Assembly: GCF_009914755.1 (NCBI RefSeq)
Contig: NC_060925.1
Direction: 5' to 3' (one strand)
DNA from: the human T2T-CHM13v2.0 reference genome, Homo sapiens
DNA length: 64,000 nt
Each line of letters begins with the position of its first letter. Positions within the stretch are counted from its first letter, which is position 1. Below the pieces are notes generated by a model that saw only the letters and a program-made list of their open reading frames with translations, was not told the origin of the DNA and did not search any database. The translations under genes were made by a program, and so were the position numbers. Of the stretch, positions 1 through 28,316 are shown one piece after another.

Positions 1-55
1 TGAATTAGCCTTATTACAGTAGGCCCTCAGTAAATTACCCAGTTCTTTTCATTAC

Positions 56-275
56 CAAGGTTAAGATGAGATTTGAGCAAATTCCGGGCTTCCCTTTTCA
101 GTTCCTTCTTGCTTTTCTCAGGCTGTGAGTAGTGAAGTGCATGGATACTCAAGCAAGAGTGGGTATACACAGAGAAGATGTCTTGGGCAGGCTGGCCTTG
201 GCTGATGGTAAAACCAAATACCTGCACCTGGCCATAGAGGCAAGTCACACGACAGATCCCACTAAAAGTAAAACC
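56..275 (-). CDS. NOL9: NOL9 coding exon 2 (polynucleotide 5'-hydroxyl kinase); gene continues beyond the left edge
   Basis: Acceptor ctag|GGT at 276/275 and donor TTG|gtaat at 56/55; 220 nt encoding GFTFSGICRVTCLYGQVQVFG...LLKSHLNL, in frame with exon 1. Confidence 0.95.
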
Positions 276-329
276 CTAGCAGGGAGAGAAAACAGAAAAA
301 ACATTATAGATCATGTCACTAATGACTGA

Positions 330-522
<193 letters not shown>

Positions 523-1243
523 TAATAAAGACAGGGTTTCTCCATGTTGGTCAGGCTGGTCTTGAACTCCCGACCTCAGGTGATCCATCCACCTCGGCCT
601 CCCAAAGTGCTGGGATTACAGGCGTGGGCCACCGCACCTGGCCAAATTCTAAAATCTTAACTTGCTATTCACACATCAAAAGGCAGGTAAGGCCAGGCAC
701 AGTGGCTCATGCTTGTGATCCCAACACTTTGGGAAGCTGAGACAGGAGGATCACTTGAGCCCAGAAGTTCAAGATCAGCCTAGGCAACAGAGTGAGACTT
801 CTCCTTACAAAACATTTAAAAATTAGCAGGGTGCAGTGGCATGCCTCTGTGGTCCTAGCTACTTGGGAGGCTGAGGTGGGTAGACTGCTTGAGTCTCGGA
901 GGTAGAGGCTGCTGTGAACCGTAATTACACCACTCCACTCCATCAGTAATAAGTATTGGGCCAGGCACGGTGGCTCACGCCAGTAATCCCGGAACTCTGG
1001 GAGAAGGAGGTGGGGGGATCACTTGAGTGAGGCCAGGAGTTTGAGACCAGCCTGGATAACATGGCAAACCCCCCTGCACCCCACCCCCGCCACCACCATC
1101 TCTACTAAAATTACAAAAATTAGCTGGGCATGTGCCTGTAATCCCAGCTACTCCAGAGGCTGAGGCATGAGAATCGCTTGAATCCAGAGGCAAAGGCTGC
1201 AGTGAGCTGAGATCATGCCAGTACACTGCAGCCTGGGCGACAG

Positions 1244-2153
<910 letters not shown>

Positions 2154-2370
2154 GCTTACCACAACCTCCACCTCCCGGGTTAAAGCAATTCTCCTGCCTC
2201 TGTCTCCAGAGTAGCTGGGATTACAGGCGTGTGCCACCACATCTCAAACTCGTGACCTCAGGTGATCCGCCCACCTAGGCCTCCAAAAGTGCTGGGATTA
2301 CAGGCGTGAGCCACTAGACAGGGTTTCGCCATATTGGCCAGGCTGGTCTCGAACTCGCTACCTCAGGTGA

Positions 2371-2709
<339 letters not shown>

Positions 2710-3284
2710 TGATCTGCCAGCTTCGGCTTCCCAAAGTGCCGGGACTACAGGCCTGAGCCACCGCGCCTGGCCCATACTTTATATTTTTAACCTAAGATCA
2801 TACCCCATGGCAGCTACAGAGAAAGCATGGTGACCGTGAACTCGGCTCTGTGCTCCTGGTTCAGACAGACTCTACCACTCTGTCCTTTTAAAGACCCACA
2901 GCTTGCCAAGTCTCTTCCAGAACTTCCTGGGTTTTGCCTTCCCTCCTGCATTAGACAGGGAATCTCCAGGAATGGCATCCACGTTAAGAATCAGGCTGCC
3001 TGAGTTCGACTCCTAGCTCTCCCTCTACTGTGTAAGTTACCCAACCTCAGTCTCCTCGTCTGTAAACACTTAGAGAGAGGGACAACTACTCCGTAAGAGA
3101 GCTGGATGTTTAAATGGGTTCAAAGCCTAAAACACTTTTGGAACCCTTAAATCCTGGAATTTCTGAGCTCTCAGTAATTGCAACCTTTTTTTTTTTTTAA
3201 CTATTAAAATCCCTTTCAGAGTTCCAGGTGCGGTGGTTCACACCTGTAATCCCAGCACTTTGAGAGGCCGAGGCGGGTGGATCA

Positions 3285-3557
<273 letters not shown>

Positions 3558-3764
3558 CTAGGGACCCCTTAGCAGGGTACCTGTTACCCTGCTGCTCAGG
3601 GGAGCCTAGTTGCCACCAACCATCAAGAGGATGGACTTGAATCCGACTGGCAGCCAGAGAACAGGCCCGGGGGACCACGGTCCTCTCCTACCCTGCAGCT
3701 CTCCCGGGGCTGCCTCTCCAGCCCTCCCTGCCCTCGGGGACTACTACCGGCGCCCCCCACCTAC

Positions 3765-4160
3765 CTGCTCGACCGGCAGCAGCAGCAACGCGCGGCCGGG
3801 GCCCACGGGCCGCACCGGTGGGATGAGGAGAGGCCGGTGGCAACTCGAGGCGGATTCGAGTTCGGGTTCGGACTCGGGTTCGGAGGCCGGGGTCGGGCTA
3901 GGGATCGGGCTGGGGGTCGCGGTGTTGGGTCTCCGGGCCGCCGCCGCGCGCGACACCTGGCGGGCTCCCTCCCTCCAGTCCACGCCGGCCGCCTGGGCTT
4001 GCAGTAACCGCCGCCGTAGGCGCCGCCGACCGCACCAGCGCAGGCTCCCGAGCCGGCGGCGGGGCCGGCGGCTGAGGATGAGCTGGGGCCGGGCCTTGCG
4101 GACCCGCAGCCAAGTGGAACGGCAGGAACCCCACTTTAGCAGCAGTCCCGAGTCCGCCAT
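3765..4160 (-). CDS. NOL9: NOL9 coding exon 1
   Basis: ATG at 4160-4158, MADSGLLLK...LLLLPVEQ (132 aa), donor CAG|gtagg at 3765/3764; Arg-rich N-terminus. Confidence 0.95.
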
Positions 4161-4190
4161 GCTGGGTCCTCAGGGCCTACCGCGCGAGAA

Positions 4191-4200
4191 TCTCGCGAGA
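4191..4200. promoter_or_regulatory. TCTCGCGAGA palindrome (BANP/ZBTB33-type CGCG element) near the NOL9 start
   Basis: Exact 10-mer; degenerate copies at 4180-4189 and 4393-4402. Confidence 0.75.
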
Positions 4201-5031
4201 TCCCGTCGGTCCGCCCCGCTGCCCTCCCAGCTGCCGAAAAGAGGGGCCTCGGAGCCGCCGGCGCCCTCTGCCGGCAACCTCCGGAAGCACACTAGGAGGT
4301 TCCAGCCGATCTGGTCGAGGGGCTCCACGGAGGACTCCATTTACGTTACGCAAATTCCCTACCCCAGCCGGCCGGAGAGAGAAAGCCAGAAACCTCGCGA
4401 CCAGCCATGGGCCACCTCTCCGGAAAAACACCGGGATATTTTTTTTCTCCTGCAGAAAAAGCTTTAGGATTGGCAGTTTAAACAAAACATGTCTATTTGC
4501 ATACCTTCGGTTTGCATGCATTTGTTTCGAAGTGAGCAACCCTGGGTAACAAGGCGAAAGTATATGACAATTTGCTCAGAATCTTAATGTCAGAAAACTG
4601 GAGACTGGGGCAGGGGGGTGTCGACTCAAAGCTGTGTCTCATTTAGTAAACTGAGGCCCAGGTAAAAAGTTCTGAAACCTCGCAACACCCGGAGAAATTG
4701 TGTTACAGCCTCCCACCTCGCCCCAAAATGCCAGAGCTCCTTTTCTAAGCCAGGTGAAGTCACAGAGCGTGGACAGAACCCACAACCGTCCAGAGGAAGG
4801 GTCACTGGGTGCCACCTGGTTTGCATCTGTGCCTTCGTCCTGCCCAGTTCCTGAGTGGGACCGCAGGCCCGGAATGTCAAGGCAAACAGTCCTGCTTCAG
4901 CCACTGGGCTCCAGTCCCACCCCTTTTGGGGGCCTGAAGTTAGGAAGCATCCGGCAGCTGCCTTCTATTTAAGCAACTGGCCTCCTTAGAGGCCACTCCT
5001 TGGCCATGCCAGGCGCGGGCATCTGGCCAGC

Positions 5032-5222
5032 ATGCTGCTCTGCACGGCTCGCCTGGTCGGCCTGCAGCTTCTCATTTCCTGCTGCTGGGCCTTTGCCTGC
5101 CATAGCACGGAGTCTTCTCCTGACTTCACCCTCCCCGGAGATTACCTCCTGGCAGGCCTGTTCCCTCTCCATTCTGGCTGTCTGCAGGTGAGGCACAGAC
5201 CCGAGGTGACCCTGTGTGACAG
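5032..5222 (+). CDS. TAS1R1: TAS1R1 exon 1 (umami taste receptor subunit, class C GPCR; signal peptide)
   Basis: [22 protein letters not shown]...[13 protein letters not shown]; donor AG|gtgagt; 191 nt. Confidence 0.97.
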
Positions 5223-5486
5223 GTGAGTGAGGGGCCAGCAGAGCCACACTTAGTGGGACCCCTGGCTATAGGGCCCCTCTGGCTGCCGTCCTTCAAACAG
5301 GACCTTGCCTCTGCCTTTGCCCCTTGAACTGTCCCCAGGCCTTGTTCATCAATCCACTTGCCACCTAAGTGCTGGCTAGACCTTCCTAGACACTTCGGCC
5401 AGTTTCCAATTATTTCACCCTTGCTGTTAGAATGTGTTGTATTGTAACTTCATTGAAATTGGTTCTTGGCTTTGTACCATACCTAG

Positions 5487-5741
<255 letters not shown>

Positions 5742-5743
5742 TA

Positions 5744-5866
<123 letters not shown>

Positions 5867-6050
5867 CTACCCATGTTCAAAGTTCCCTAGAGTCCCAGAT
5901 GACAAGTAGGATTCTCCATGGTTCTTCATGGGGTGGGAAGGGAAGACACATCCCATTAGATGCTTTAGGAGCTTGACAAATATAAATTAGGTTGGTGCCA
6001 TCATGAAGTCAACAATCTAGGTAGAGGGAAACTACTGCTTTTCTTTTATT

Positions 6051-6079
6051 TCTATCTATCTATCTATCTATCTATCTAT
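6051..6079. repeat. (TCTA)7 tetranucleotide repeat in an Alu tail
   Basis: tctatctatctatctatctatctatctat read directly. Confidence 0.9.
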
Positions 6080-6254
6080 ATTTTTTTGAGATGGAGACTC
6101 AGTCTGTCATCCAGGCTGGAGTGCAGTGGCATAATCTTGACTCACTGCAACCTCCTCCTCCTGGGCTCAAGTGATTCTCATGCCTTAGCCTCGGGAGTAG
6201 CTGGAATTATAGGCATGTGTCACCATACCCAGCTAATTTTTGTATTTTTCGTAG

Positions 6255-6422
<168 letters not shown>

Positions 6423-7692
6423 TAATCCCAGCACTTTGGGAGGCTGAGACAGGCGGATCACGAGGTCAGGAGTTCAAGATCAGTCTGGCCAACATAGTGA
6501 AACCCTGTCTCTACATAAAATACAACACATTAGCCGGGTGTGGTGGTGTGCACCTGTAATCCCAGCTACTCAGGAGCCTGAGGCAGGAGAATCGCATGAA
6601 CCCGGAGGTGGAGGTTGCAGTGAGCCAAGATCACACCATTGCATTCCAATCCGGGCGACAGAGCGAGGCTCCATCTCAAAAAAAAAAAAAAAAAAAAGAC
6701 GAAGACAGTTGCTTGCAGACTGTGGAAGTCACAGACCCAGAGGCCCAAGAATGCTGCCGAGGCTTGGCTGCAGGATGTCCTACCCATGAAGCACACGAGA
6801 TGGTTGGCTCAGGAAGAAGTTTCTGGAAATCTAGTGTATGACGACCTACTCGAAGGGCTACAGCTAGAAACCTGGATAAAGAGATAAAGAGAATGGGCTG
6901 GGAAGAGAGATTGGGTAGAGCAGGAGGAGGGAAGACATGAAAACCGGCTTCAGATACCTGAAGAATTGTCTCAGGCAGGAGGCACGAACCCTCCGTTGAG
7001 AGACTCGGGACAGAAGTGGTAGAAACCATGGAAGACCTTCTAACAAGCAAGAGGCTGGAAAATGGAACAGGCTAGCACACTTTATGTATTTGTTTGTTTA
7101 TTTGTTTATTTATAGAGATGAGGTCTTGCTCTTTCCCCCAGGCTGGAGTGTAGTGGTGCAATCATAGCTCACTGCAGCCTTACTTGGGCCTCATTGAAGC
7201 TCAAGTGATTCTCCTGCCCCAGCCTCCCAAGTAGCTGGGACTACAGGCATGCACCACCACTCCTGGCTAATTTTTTAATTTTTTGTTGAGAAGGTGGTCT
7301 CACTGTGTTGCTCAGGCTGGTCTCAAACTCCTGGTCTCAAGTGATTCTCCTGCCTGGGCCTCCCACAGCATTGGGATTCTAGGTGAGCCACTGGGCCAGC
7401 CATTACAAAAAAGTTTTTTTGAGCTGGGATCTCACTATGTTGTCCAGGCTAGTCTCCACCTCCTGGGATCAAGCAATCCTCCATCCTCAGCCTCCTGAGT
7501 AGCTAGGACTACAGGCATGGGCCACTGCACCTGGCTTAGCCTGCTCTTTAAACGGGGCTGAATCCTGTCCCTGGCTCATTCCTGGTGGGCTCCAGACAGG
7601 AGTTGCTGAAGTAGGGGTGATAAGGCATATAGGCCCTCAACACATTCATAAGTGTCCTGGTGAGAAGCACTAATTAAACAAGGTTAAGCAGG

Positions 7693-9436
<1,744 letters not shown>

Positions 9437-9449
9437 TCACCTGAGGTCA

Positions 9450-10292
<843 letters not shown>

Positions 10293-10430
10293 TTCCATCC
10301 TTTAATAGGTAATAGAGAGGGGGTGTCATTGCCTTCTGACTGCTTCTAGCTAAAGAGGGGCAATGTTGGCCGGGCGTGGTGGCTCACGCCTGTAATCCCA
10401 GCACTTTGGGAGGCTGAGGTGGGCAGATCA

Positions 10431-13625
<3,195 letters not shown>

Positions 13626-13689
13626 TTGAGAGAAATCAGGAATGTACTTGGGATTGTCAGGAGGAGAAGGAGGAGTCTGGGTATTGTTT

Positions 13690-19277
<5,588 letters not shown>

Positions 19278-19687
19278 GGTGAATGGAGTGGGGCAGGCAG
19301 TGGAAGGAGAGACTGCCGGTCAACAAGGATGGTGGGAGAGGGCGTCCTGTGTCCCGCAAGCCCTGTCTGGAATAGAGGAGGTAGCCACTGAGACAGGCGT
19401 CCCTGAAATGGAGGAACCGGAGGCCTGGAGGCCAGAGGAAGCCCTTGGCCCAGCGCTGGGTCTTTCGGGAATTCAGAGACGGTCAAGGATTCTGGGTAAA
19501 TGGCAGGAGTCTCTTTTACTCACCCTCGCAGAAGCTCTAATGATGAATGAGGTTGCCAATAATGGGAGAGTCTGAGAAATCCTCTGGGTCTTTGGCAGGT
19601 TCTGGAAGGGGAGGGTGGCCAGGAGAGAGGTGGGATGAGAGGGGGAAAGGCTCTAGCACACAGCCAGGGAGGAGAGAGGGAGGGAGG

Positions 19688-19718
<31 letters not shown>

Positions 19719-19755
19719 TGAGTCCTCTGGGGATGCCCGGCCAGAGCCTACCCAT

Positions 19756-19773
19756 TCCTGGGTTTCAGCACCA
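19756..19773 (-). promoter_or_regulatory. Primer-binding site complementary to tRNA-Phe
   Basis: TGGTGCTGAAACCCAGGA, 3 nt after the 5' LTR; differs from TGGTGCCGAAACCCGGGA only by two CpG-decay changes. Confidence 0.9.
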
Positions 19774-19776
19774 AAA

Positions 19777-20105
19777 TGTAAGGTTAGCCAAGAGAAAGAA
19801 CGAGTAGACCCAAAGTCAGGCAAGCAAGTTTATTAACCTGCTGGGCTGCTCCACAGCAATCAGAGGAGGCAGCAGCCCAGGCTTACAGACTAGGGGGTGT
19901 AAGTATATTTTAGGGAGTGGGGGCTGTTTCTGGGTAGAGCCACATCCTGGTTGATGGGCAGATGTTAGGGGAAAAAACAACAGCTGGGGAACATCTGCCT
20001 TGGCAGAGGGCCTGCAGGTGGTGAGAAAAGGAGGGGATGGAGAAAAACAAAGCGAGGGGAACATCTGCCTTGGCGGAGGGCCTTTGCTGGGTTGGGTCCC
20101 TAACA
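19777..20105 (-). repeat. Proviral 5' LTR
   Basis: About 22 substitutions and 4 indels versus the 3' LTR (manual count); AATAAA intact at 19834-19829; internal 28-bp direct repeat ggggaacatctgccttggc(g/a)gagggcct. Confidence 0.93.
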
Positions 20106-20129
20106 CATCTCAAAAAAAAAAAAAAAAAA

Positions 20130-20342
20130 GCCTGAAGTTTCTGCACAAGGAGGGAATTGAGGGAATTCTGCCTCCAGACCGCCTTAGGACTGAAGAGCAT
20201 AGTAACATCAATTCTTTATAGAATGTCCACCCTGCTGGCCTGTCCTGTAAAATTTGAACTTGCCAGCCCTCACAATGTGAACCAATTCCTTAAACTAAAT
20301 TTCTCACTTTCTCTCTCTCTCTGGAAAACACTGACTAATGTA
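20130..20342 (+). mobile_element. MLT2-like LTR, 3' part
   Basis: gagggaattctgcctccagac...tgccagccctcacaatgtgaaccaattccttaaactaaat...ctggaaaacactgactaat resembles the MLT2 3' end. Confidence 0.7.
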
Positions 20343-20576
20343 GCAGGTTTCTCTGCTCCAGGACTTCAGGACCTTTTCGATGCTAATAAGTTTCTCCATC
20401 AGGGCCAGCTTGTTCCTCCTACTGAGCTTGAGAGCCCTTGTTGAAGTTGTGGTTTGGGGGACTGGACCGATGACCTCAAAGGTTCCCTTTGCTCCCAAGC
20501 CTCAGAGTCTAGGAGGCCAGAGGGTCTCAGCAGGCCTTTGTCCTTCTCAGCTGTCTCTTACTGGCTTTCTCCACAG

Positions 20577-20883
20577 GTCTTGTAGCTTCAATGAGCATGG
20601 CTACCACCTCTTCCAGGCTATGCGGCTTGGGGTTGAGGAGATAAACAACTCCACGGCCCTGCTGCCCAACATCACCCTGGGGTACCAGCTGTATGATGTG
20701 TGTTCTGACTCTGCCAATGTGTATGCCACGCTGAGAGTGCTCTCCCTGCCAGGGCAACACCACATAGAGCTCCAAGGAGACCTTCTCCACTATTCCCCTA
20801 CGGTGCTGGCAGTGATTGGGCCTGACAGCACCAACCGTGCTGCCACCACAGCCGCCCTGCTGAGCCCTTTCCTGGTGCCCATG
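20577..20883 (+). CDS. TAS1R1: TAS1R1 exon 2
   Basis: cacag|GTCT ... ATG|gtaagc; 307 nt; [24 protein letters not shown]...FLVPM. Confidence 0.97.
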
Positions 20884-21102
20884 GTAAGCTGGAGCCTCAG
20901 ACCTTTGCCCATCTCCCTTCAGGCAAATCTGGGCTGGGGCATGTGGGCAAGAGCTGCTGTCCCCCCAAGGCTGCCTGCCCCCTGGATCTCTTGGGTGGTC
21001 ACTGCTCTTTAGTCACAAGTCAGGGGTCCCTGCCCAGTGTGGTTCCTGCCCCAGCCTTCCTCTCTTTCCAGAGCTGCTTCCAGATCCCTGCCTCCACTCT
21101 CA

Positions 21103-21681
<579 letters not shown>

Positions 21682-22890
21682 TTATGGATCCTTCCCCATG
21701 GGTTCCTGCCTGGCCTGTGGTTGCCCTCATTCCTCTCCCTCTTCCAGGCCCTCTACCCTGAGCACTGACTCCCTGCCCCTTCCCATGGGAGTTTCCTGCT
21801 GGCCTCTCCCTGCCCTCATTGACCCTCAGCCCGATTCTGTCCCCACCACTCTTGCTTTCGCTGTGAGCTGGGGCACCTTCTAGGTATCCAAATCCTACTT
21901 TGCAGTCCTTCTTTATCTTAGGTGACTTGTGATTTTTTTTTTTTTTTTTTTGAGACACAGTCTCACTCTGACACTCAGGCTGGAGTGCAGTGGTGCAATG
22001 TTGTCTCACTGTCTCCCAGGCTCAAGCAATCCTCCCACCTCATACTCCTAAGTAGCTGGGTCCACAGGCATGTGCCACCATGCCTGGCTAATTTTTGTAT
22101 TTTTTGTAGAGATAGAGGTCTCACTATGTTGCCTAGACTGGCCTTGAACTCCTGGGCTCAAGCAATCCACCTGCCTTGGCCTCCCAAAGTGGTGAGATTA
22201 CAGGCATGAGGCACCGTGCCCTTTGTGACATTTTTGACCAGTCCTCCTATGAGAGTCTTTCCTTGGAATTTATGCCCCCCTCAGCCCCCTGCCCCCACCT
22301 GGCTTTCACTTGCAGCTCTTCTCTCCTTTTGCCCCACTTCCTCTGAAAAGGTAGGTGATTCCCCGGAGCAGGCTTCGCCCTCCTCTCCTCCCCTTTTCCA
22401 GTTCCCAGGCAGGCTGTGGGCTCGTGGTTTAACCTCCCATTCTCAGTCCCCTCCCCTCTGATCTGAGCCCCTGATGCTGGCCCAACATTGCCACATCATG
22501 GACCCAGCAAGGCCCAGATTGACCTTACCTCCCTACACAACAAAAGCCTCTTTTCTTCCTGTATTAGCCCCAATCCTCTGGTGGAGGGTAGTGAGGGAGT
22601 GGCCATCACCCTGGAGTCCTGCCCACTGCTGCTCCTCCTTGCCCTGCTCCCCACCTTTCATCCTTTCTGGCCTCCTTTTCCACTGCCACAGCCACAGCTG
22701 GAATTCACACCAGCATCACCCCTCAGCTAGATTCTCCCATCAGTGTCCTAAGGCTTCCCCCTGATTTTAGTCTTAAATTTCTTCTAACTCATTCCTCACT
22801 GAAGTCAGAGATACGCTCATGAAATGCAAGTCCCAGCCAGGCACCGGGCGCGGGGGCTCACGCCTGTAATCCCAGCACTTTGGGAGGCTA

Positions 22891-23951
<1,061 letters not shown>

Positions 23952-24295
23952 GACCTAACTTCTGCCCTGACCTACACATGCTTCTCTTCTTCCTTGCAAA
24001 CTGCCTCCAGTGGAAGTCCCTGAAGGTCCCCAAACACACGGGACTATTTCACTCCTATGCAGGTTTTGTCTCCTTTGCTTGGAATGCATCCCCTCACCCC
24101 TTGTCCCCAGGCAGATTCCCACCCCTCCCCCAGAACCTGCCCCAGTGGAGCCTTCGCAGGTGATTTGTCAGTTTCACAGGCTGAGGGGTGCTCTCCTGGT
24201 CTCCCCGGCTCCCTGTATCCCCACACCCAGCACAGGGCCAGGCACTGGGGGGGCCTTCAGTGGAGACTGAAATGGCTGAACGGGACCTCCCATAG

Positions 24296-25057
24296 ATTAG
24301 CTATGCGGCCAGCAGCGAGACGCTCAGCGTGAAGCGGCAGTATCCCTCTTTCCTGCGCACCATCCCCAATGACAAGTACCAGGTGGAGACCATGGTGCTG
24401 CTGCTGCAGAAGTTCGGGTGGACCTGGATCTCTCTGGTTGGCAGCAGTGACGACTATGGGCAGCTAGGGGTGCAGGCACTGGAGAACCAGGCCACTGGTC
24501 AGGGGATCTGCATTGCTTTCAAGGACATCATGCCCTTCTCTGCCCAGGTGGGCGATGAGAGGATGCAGTGCCTCATGCGCCACCTGGCCCAGGCCGGGGC
24601 CACCGTCGTGGTTGTTTTTTCCAGCCGGCAGTTGGCCAGGGTGTTTTTCGAGTCCGTGGTGCTGACCAACCTGACTGGCAAGGTGTGGGTCGCCTCAGAA
24701 GCCTGGGCCCTCTCCAGGCACATCACTGGGGTGCCCGGGATCCAGCGCATTGGGATGGTGCTGGGCGTGGCCATCCAGAAGAGGGCTGTCCCTGGCCTGA
24801 AGGCGTTTGAAGAAGCCTATGCCCGGGCAGACAAGGAGGCCCCTAGGCCTTGCCACAAGGGCTCCTGGTGCAGCAGCAATCAGCTCTGCAGAGAATGCCA
24901 AGCTTTCATGGCACACACGATGCCCAAGCTCAAAGCCTTCTCCATGAGTTCTGCCTACAACGCATACCGGGCTGTGTATGCGGTGGCCCATGGCCTCCAC
25001 CAGCTCCTGGGCTGTGCCTCTGGAGCTTGTTCCAGGGGCCGAGTCTACCCCTGGCAG
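24296..25057 (+). CDS. TAS1R1: TAS1R1 exon 3
   Basis: catag|ATTAGC ... CAG|gtaag; 762 nt, phase 0/0; [24 protein letters not shown]...VYPWQ. Confidence 0.97.
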
Positions 25058-25381
25058 GTAAGAGAGCCCACCCCAGCACCTCCTGTCAGGGAGAACAGCC
25101 AATCCTGAGATGAGCAGAGTGGGCACTCTCCGGTCACTCTAAATGCCAAGGGGGATAAATGCCACTAACTTGAGGTTTTTTGTTTTGTTTTGTTTTGTTT
25201 TTTGAGACAGTCTGGCTCTGTCACCCAGGCTGCAGTGTAGTGATGCGATCTCGGCTCTCTGCAACTTCCACCTCCTGGGTTCAAGTGATTCTCTTGCCTC
25301 GGCCTCCTGAGTAGCTGGGATTACAGGCACCCACCACCATGCCTGGATAATTTTTCTTTTTTTTTTTTTTTTTTGAGATAG

Positions 25382-25537
<156 letters not shown>

Positions 25538-25580
25538 TGAGTAGAGACGGGGTTTCACCATGTTAGCCAGGATGGTCTCA

Positions 25581-25688
<108 letters not shown>

Positions 25689-26078
25689 TCACCATGTTGG
25701 CCAGGCTGGTCTCGAACTCCTGGCATCAAGTGATCCTCCTGCTTCGGCCTCCCAAAGTGCTGGGATTACAGGCATTAGCTCTCTTCTCTTAGACAGATCT
25801 TTCTCTCTGATCCTTGCCTTCTCTCACCCACTGTGTCTTGGAAGTGTCAAGTGATAAGATCCAGGGCTAAAACTGTCTGTAAAGGAGTGTTTGTTAGAGG
25901 CCTCCTCTCAGGAGGTTGGTGGGGAAGATTGAGGGGCTTCCTAAGAAGGAAGGGACGAGACCTTCCTGATGGGCTGAAACCACCAGGACGGAAACCCAGG
26001 AAGGCCCCAGGCCCTTGCTTCTGGGACCATGTGGGTCTGTGCTGTCTGTGGTGGCTTCATGATACGCGTTTCTTTCAG

Positions 26079-26291
26079 CTTTTGGAGCAGATCCACAAGG
26101 TGCATTTCCTTCTACACAAGGACACTGTGGCGTTTAATGACAACAGAGATCCCCTCAGTAGCTATAACATAATTGCCTGGGACTGGAATGGACCCAAGTG
26201 GACCTTCACGGTCCTCGGTTCCTCCACATGGTCTCCAGTTCAGCTAAACATAAATGAGACCAAAATCCAGTGGCACGGAAAGGACAACCAG
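26079..26291 (+). CDS. TAS1R1: TAS1R1 exon 4
   Basis: ttcag|CTT ... CAG|gtaatg; 213 nt; [10 protein letters not shown]...WHGKDNQ. Confidence 0.97.
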
Positions 26292-26613
26292 GTAATGGGG
26301 ATGTGGCTACTCACCATGTAACTGGCTTATGGGCAACCTAGAGCCTGGGGGTGATGCTGACACAGTGTACAGGGAGCAGGAGGGGGGCCCCAGGGGTCCA
26401 GCTGCCACCACTCTACCCATCCTGGCCAGGGAAGCAGGGAAGACACTCCGTAGGCGAGTGTGCAGATGCCCTGGGGCGGAAGTTCACACGACCAGGGGCC
26501 CTGCCCTGGGAGTGAGCCCTGAGGGCAGATGCACAGAGATTCTGTTTTCTGTTCCACATGTGAGCTGTCCTTTGACTTGGGCCCCTACGTGTGGCCCCTC
26601 TGGCTTCTTACAG

Positions 26614-26734
26614 GTGCCTAAGTCTGTGTGTTCCAGCGACTGTCTTGAAGGGCACCAGCGAGTGGTTACGGGTTTCCATCACTGCTGCTTTGAGTGTGTG
26701 CCCTGTGGGGCTGGGACCTTCCTCAACAAGAGTG
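26614..26734 (+). CDS. TAS1R1: TAS1R1 exon 5 (cysteine-rich domain)
   Basis: tacag|GTG ... AGTG|gtgagt; 121 nt; VPKSVCSSDC...CCFECVPC. Confidence 0.97.
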
Positions 26735-27088
26735 GTGAGTGGGCAATGGAGCAGGCGAGCTACCCAGCACTCCCGGGGGCTGCACGGTGGAGGGAGGGCC
26801 TCCCTTGGGCCCCATGTGCCCTGCCCCAGAACCAAGGCCCAGTCACTGGGCTGCCAGTTAGCTTCAGGTTGGAGGACACCTGCTACCAGACAGAATTCTG
26901 ATCAAGAGAATCAGCCGCTGGGTGCGGTGGCTCATGCCTGTAATCCCAGCACTTTGGGAGGCTGAGGCGGGTGGATCACTTGAGGTCGGGAGTTCGAGAC
27001 CAGCCTGGCCAACATGGTGAAACCCCATCTCTACCAAAAATATAAAAAATTAGCTGGGTGTGGTGGCGCGTGCCTGTAATCCCAGCTA

Positions 27089-27533
<445 letters not shown>

Positions 27534-28316
27534 TTAGACTGAGGTGTGTCCTCTGTTAGAGAGCTGTCATCACAACTCCTACAAAAGCAGTCGTATCCTG
27601 AATTCAACCTCTTTCTCTAAATGAATATAGCTATTGTTCCCTTTGTGCCCTCTTGTCCTACTGTCCCTTCTGTTGCCCATGCCAAAGACAGCTAGCTCCT
27701 TGAACAGCTTGGCCTGAATACAGATACTAGCGTGTCTGCAGCAGAGAAAAAAACAGCATTCCCCATCCAGAAATGCAAGGTCAAGAACAGAGAGCAAATT
27801 AGGTAGCTAAGGACTCAGGTCCTTAGTTGGTGTCCAGGGGCCACATTCTTTCCTTTCACCATCTCTGTAGGGACAGGAATACTTCCCTTCTGTCCTCAGA
27901 GGGTCAGGACTCAGAGAAACCACAGAGCAGCAGCTCAGGAAAGTGGTTCATGGAAATGCTGGCAAGAGAGAGGGGTTACAATGCCCTCCCTTGGGAGCAG
28001 GCTGCTCCCATCAGATCGTAACCTCTCTGGTATGTGGGCAGAGCTACCAGGTTAAGGTCCTCCCTAGGGTTTGCAAAACCCTCATGGGATCATGAGCCAT
28101 ACAGAACCGACCTGTGTGTCTCCAGAGTCTGTAATTAACACAGGCATTTTGAGGAAATGCGTGGCCTCAGGCCCCACTCCCGGCTACCCCCATCCCACTA
28201 TGCCTAGTATAGTCTAGCTGCCCTGGTACAATTCTCCCAGTATCTTGCAGGCCCCTATTTCCTATTCCTACTCTGCTCATCTGGCTCTCAGGAACCTTCT
28301 TGGCCTTCCCTTTCAG

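Larger units (their letters stand above)
3650..5031. promoter_or_regulatory. CpG island and head-to-head NOL9/TAS1R1 promoter region
   Basis: CpG-dense at ~3650-4420; divergent ATGs at 4160 (-) and 5032 (+); ETS-type CCGGAAG at 4281; TATA-like tatttaa at 4966-4972 upstream of TAS1R1. Confidence 0.85.

Noticed and set aside
3610-4467. 285-aa plus-strand ORF antisense to NOL9 exon 1
   Set aside because: Non-ATG start, low-complexity Arg/Pro/Ser composition; expected from stop-codon scarcity in a CpG island
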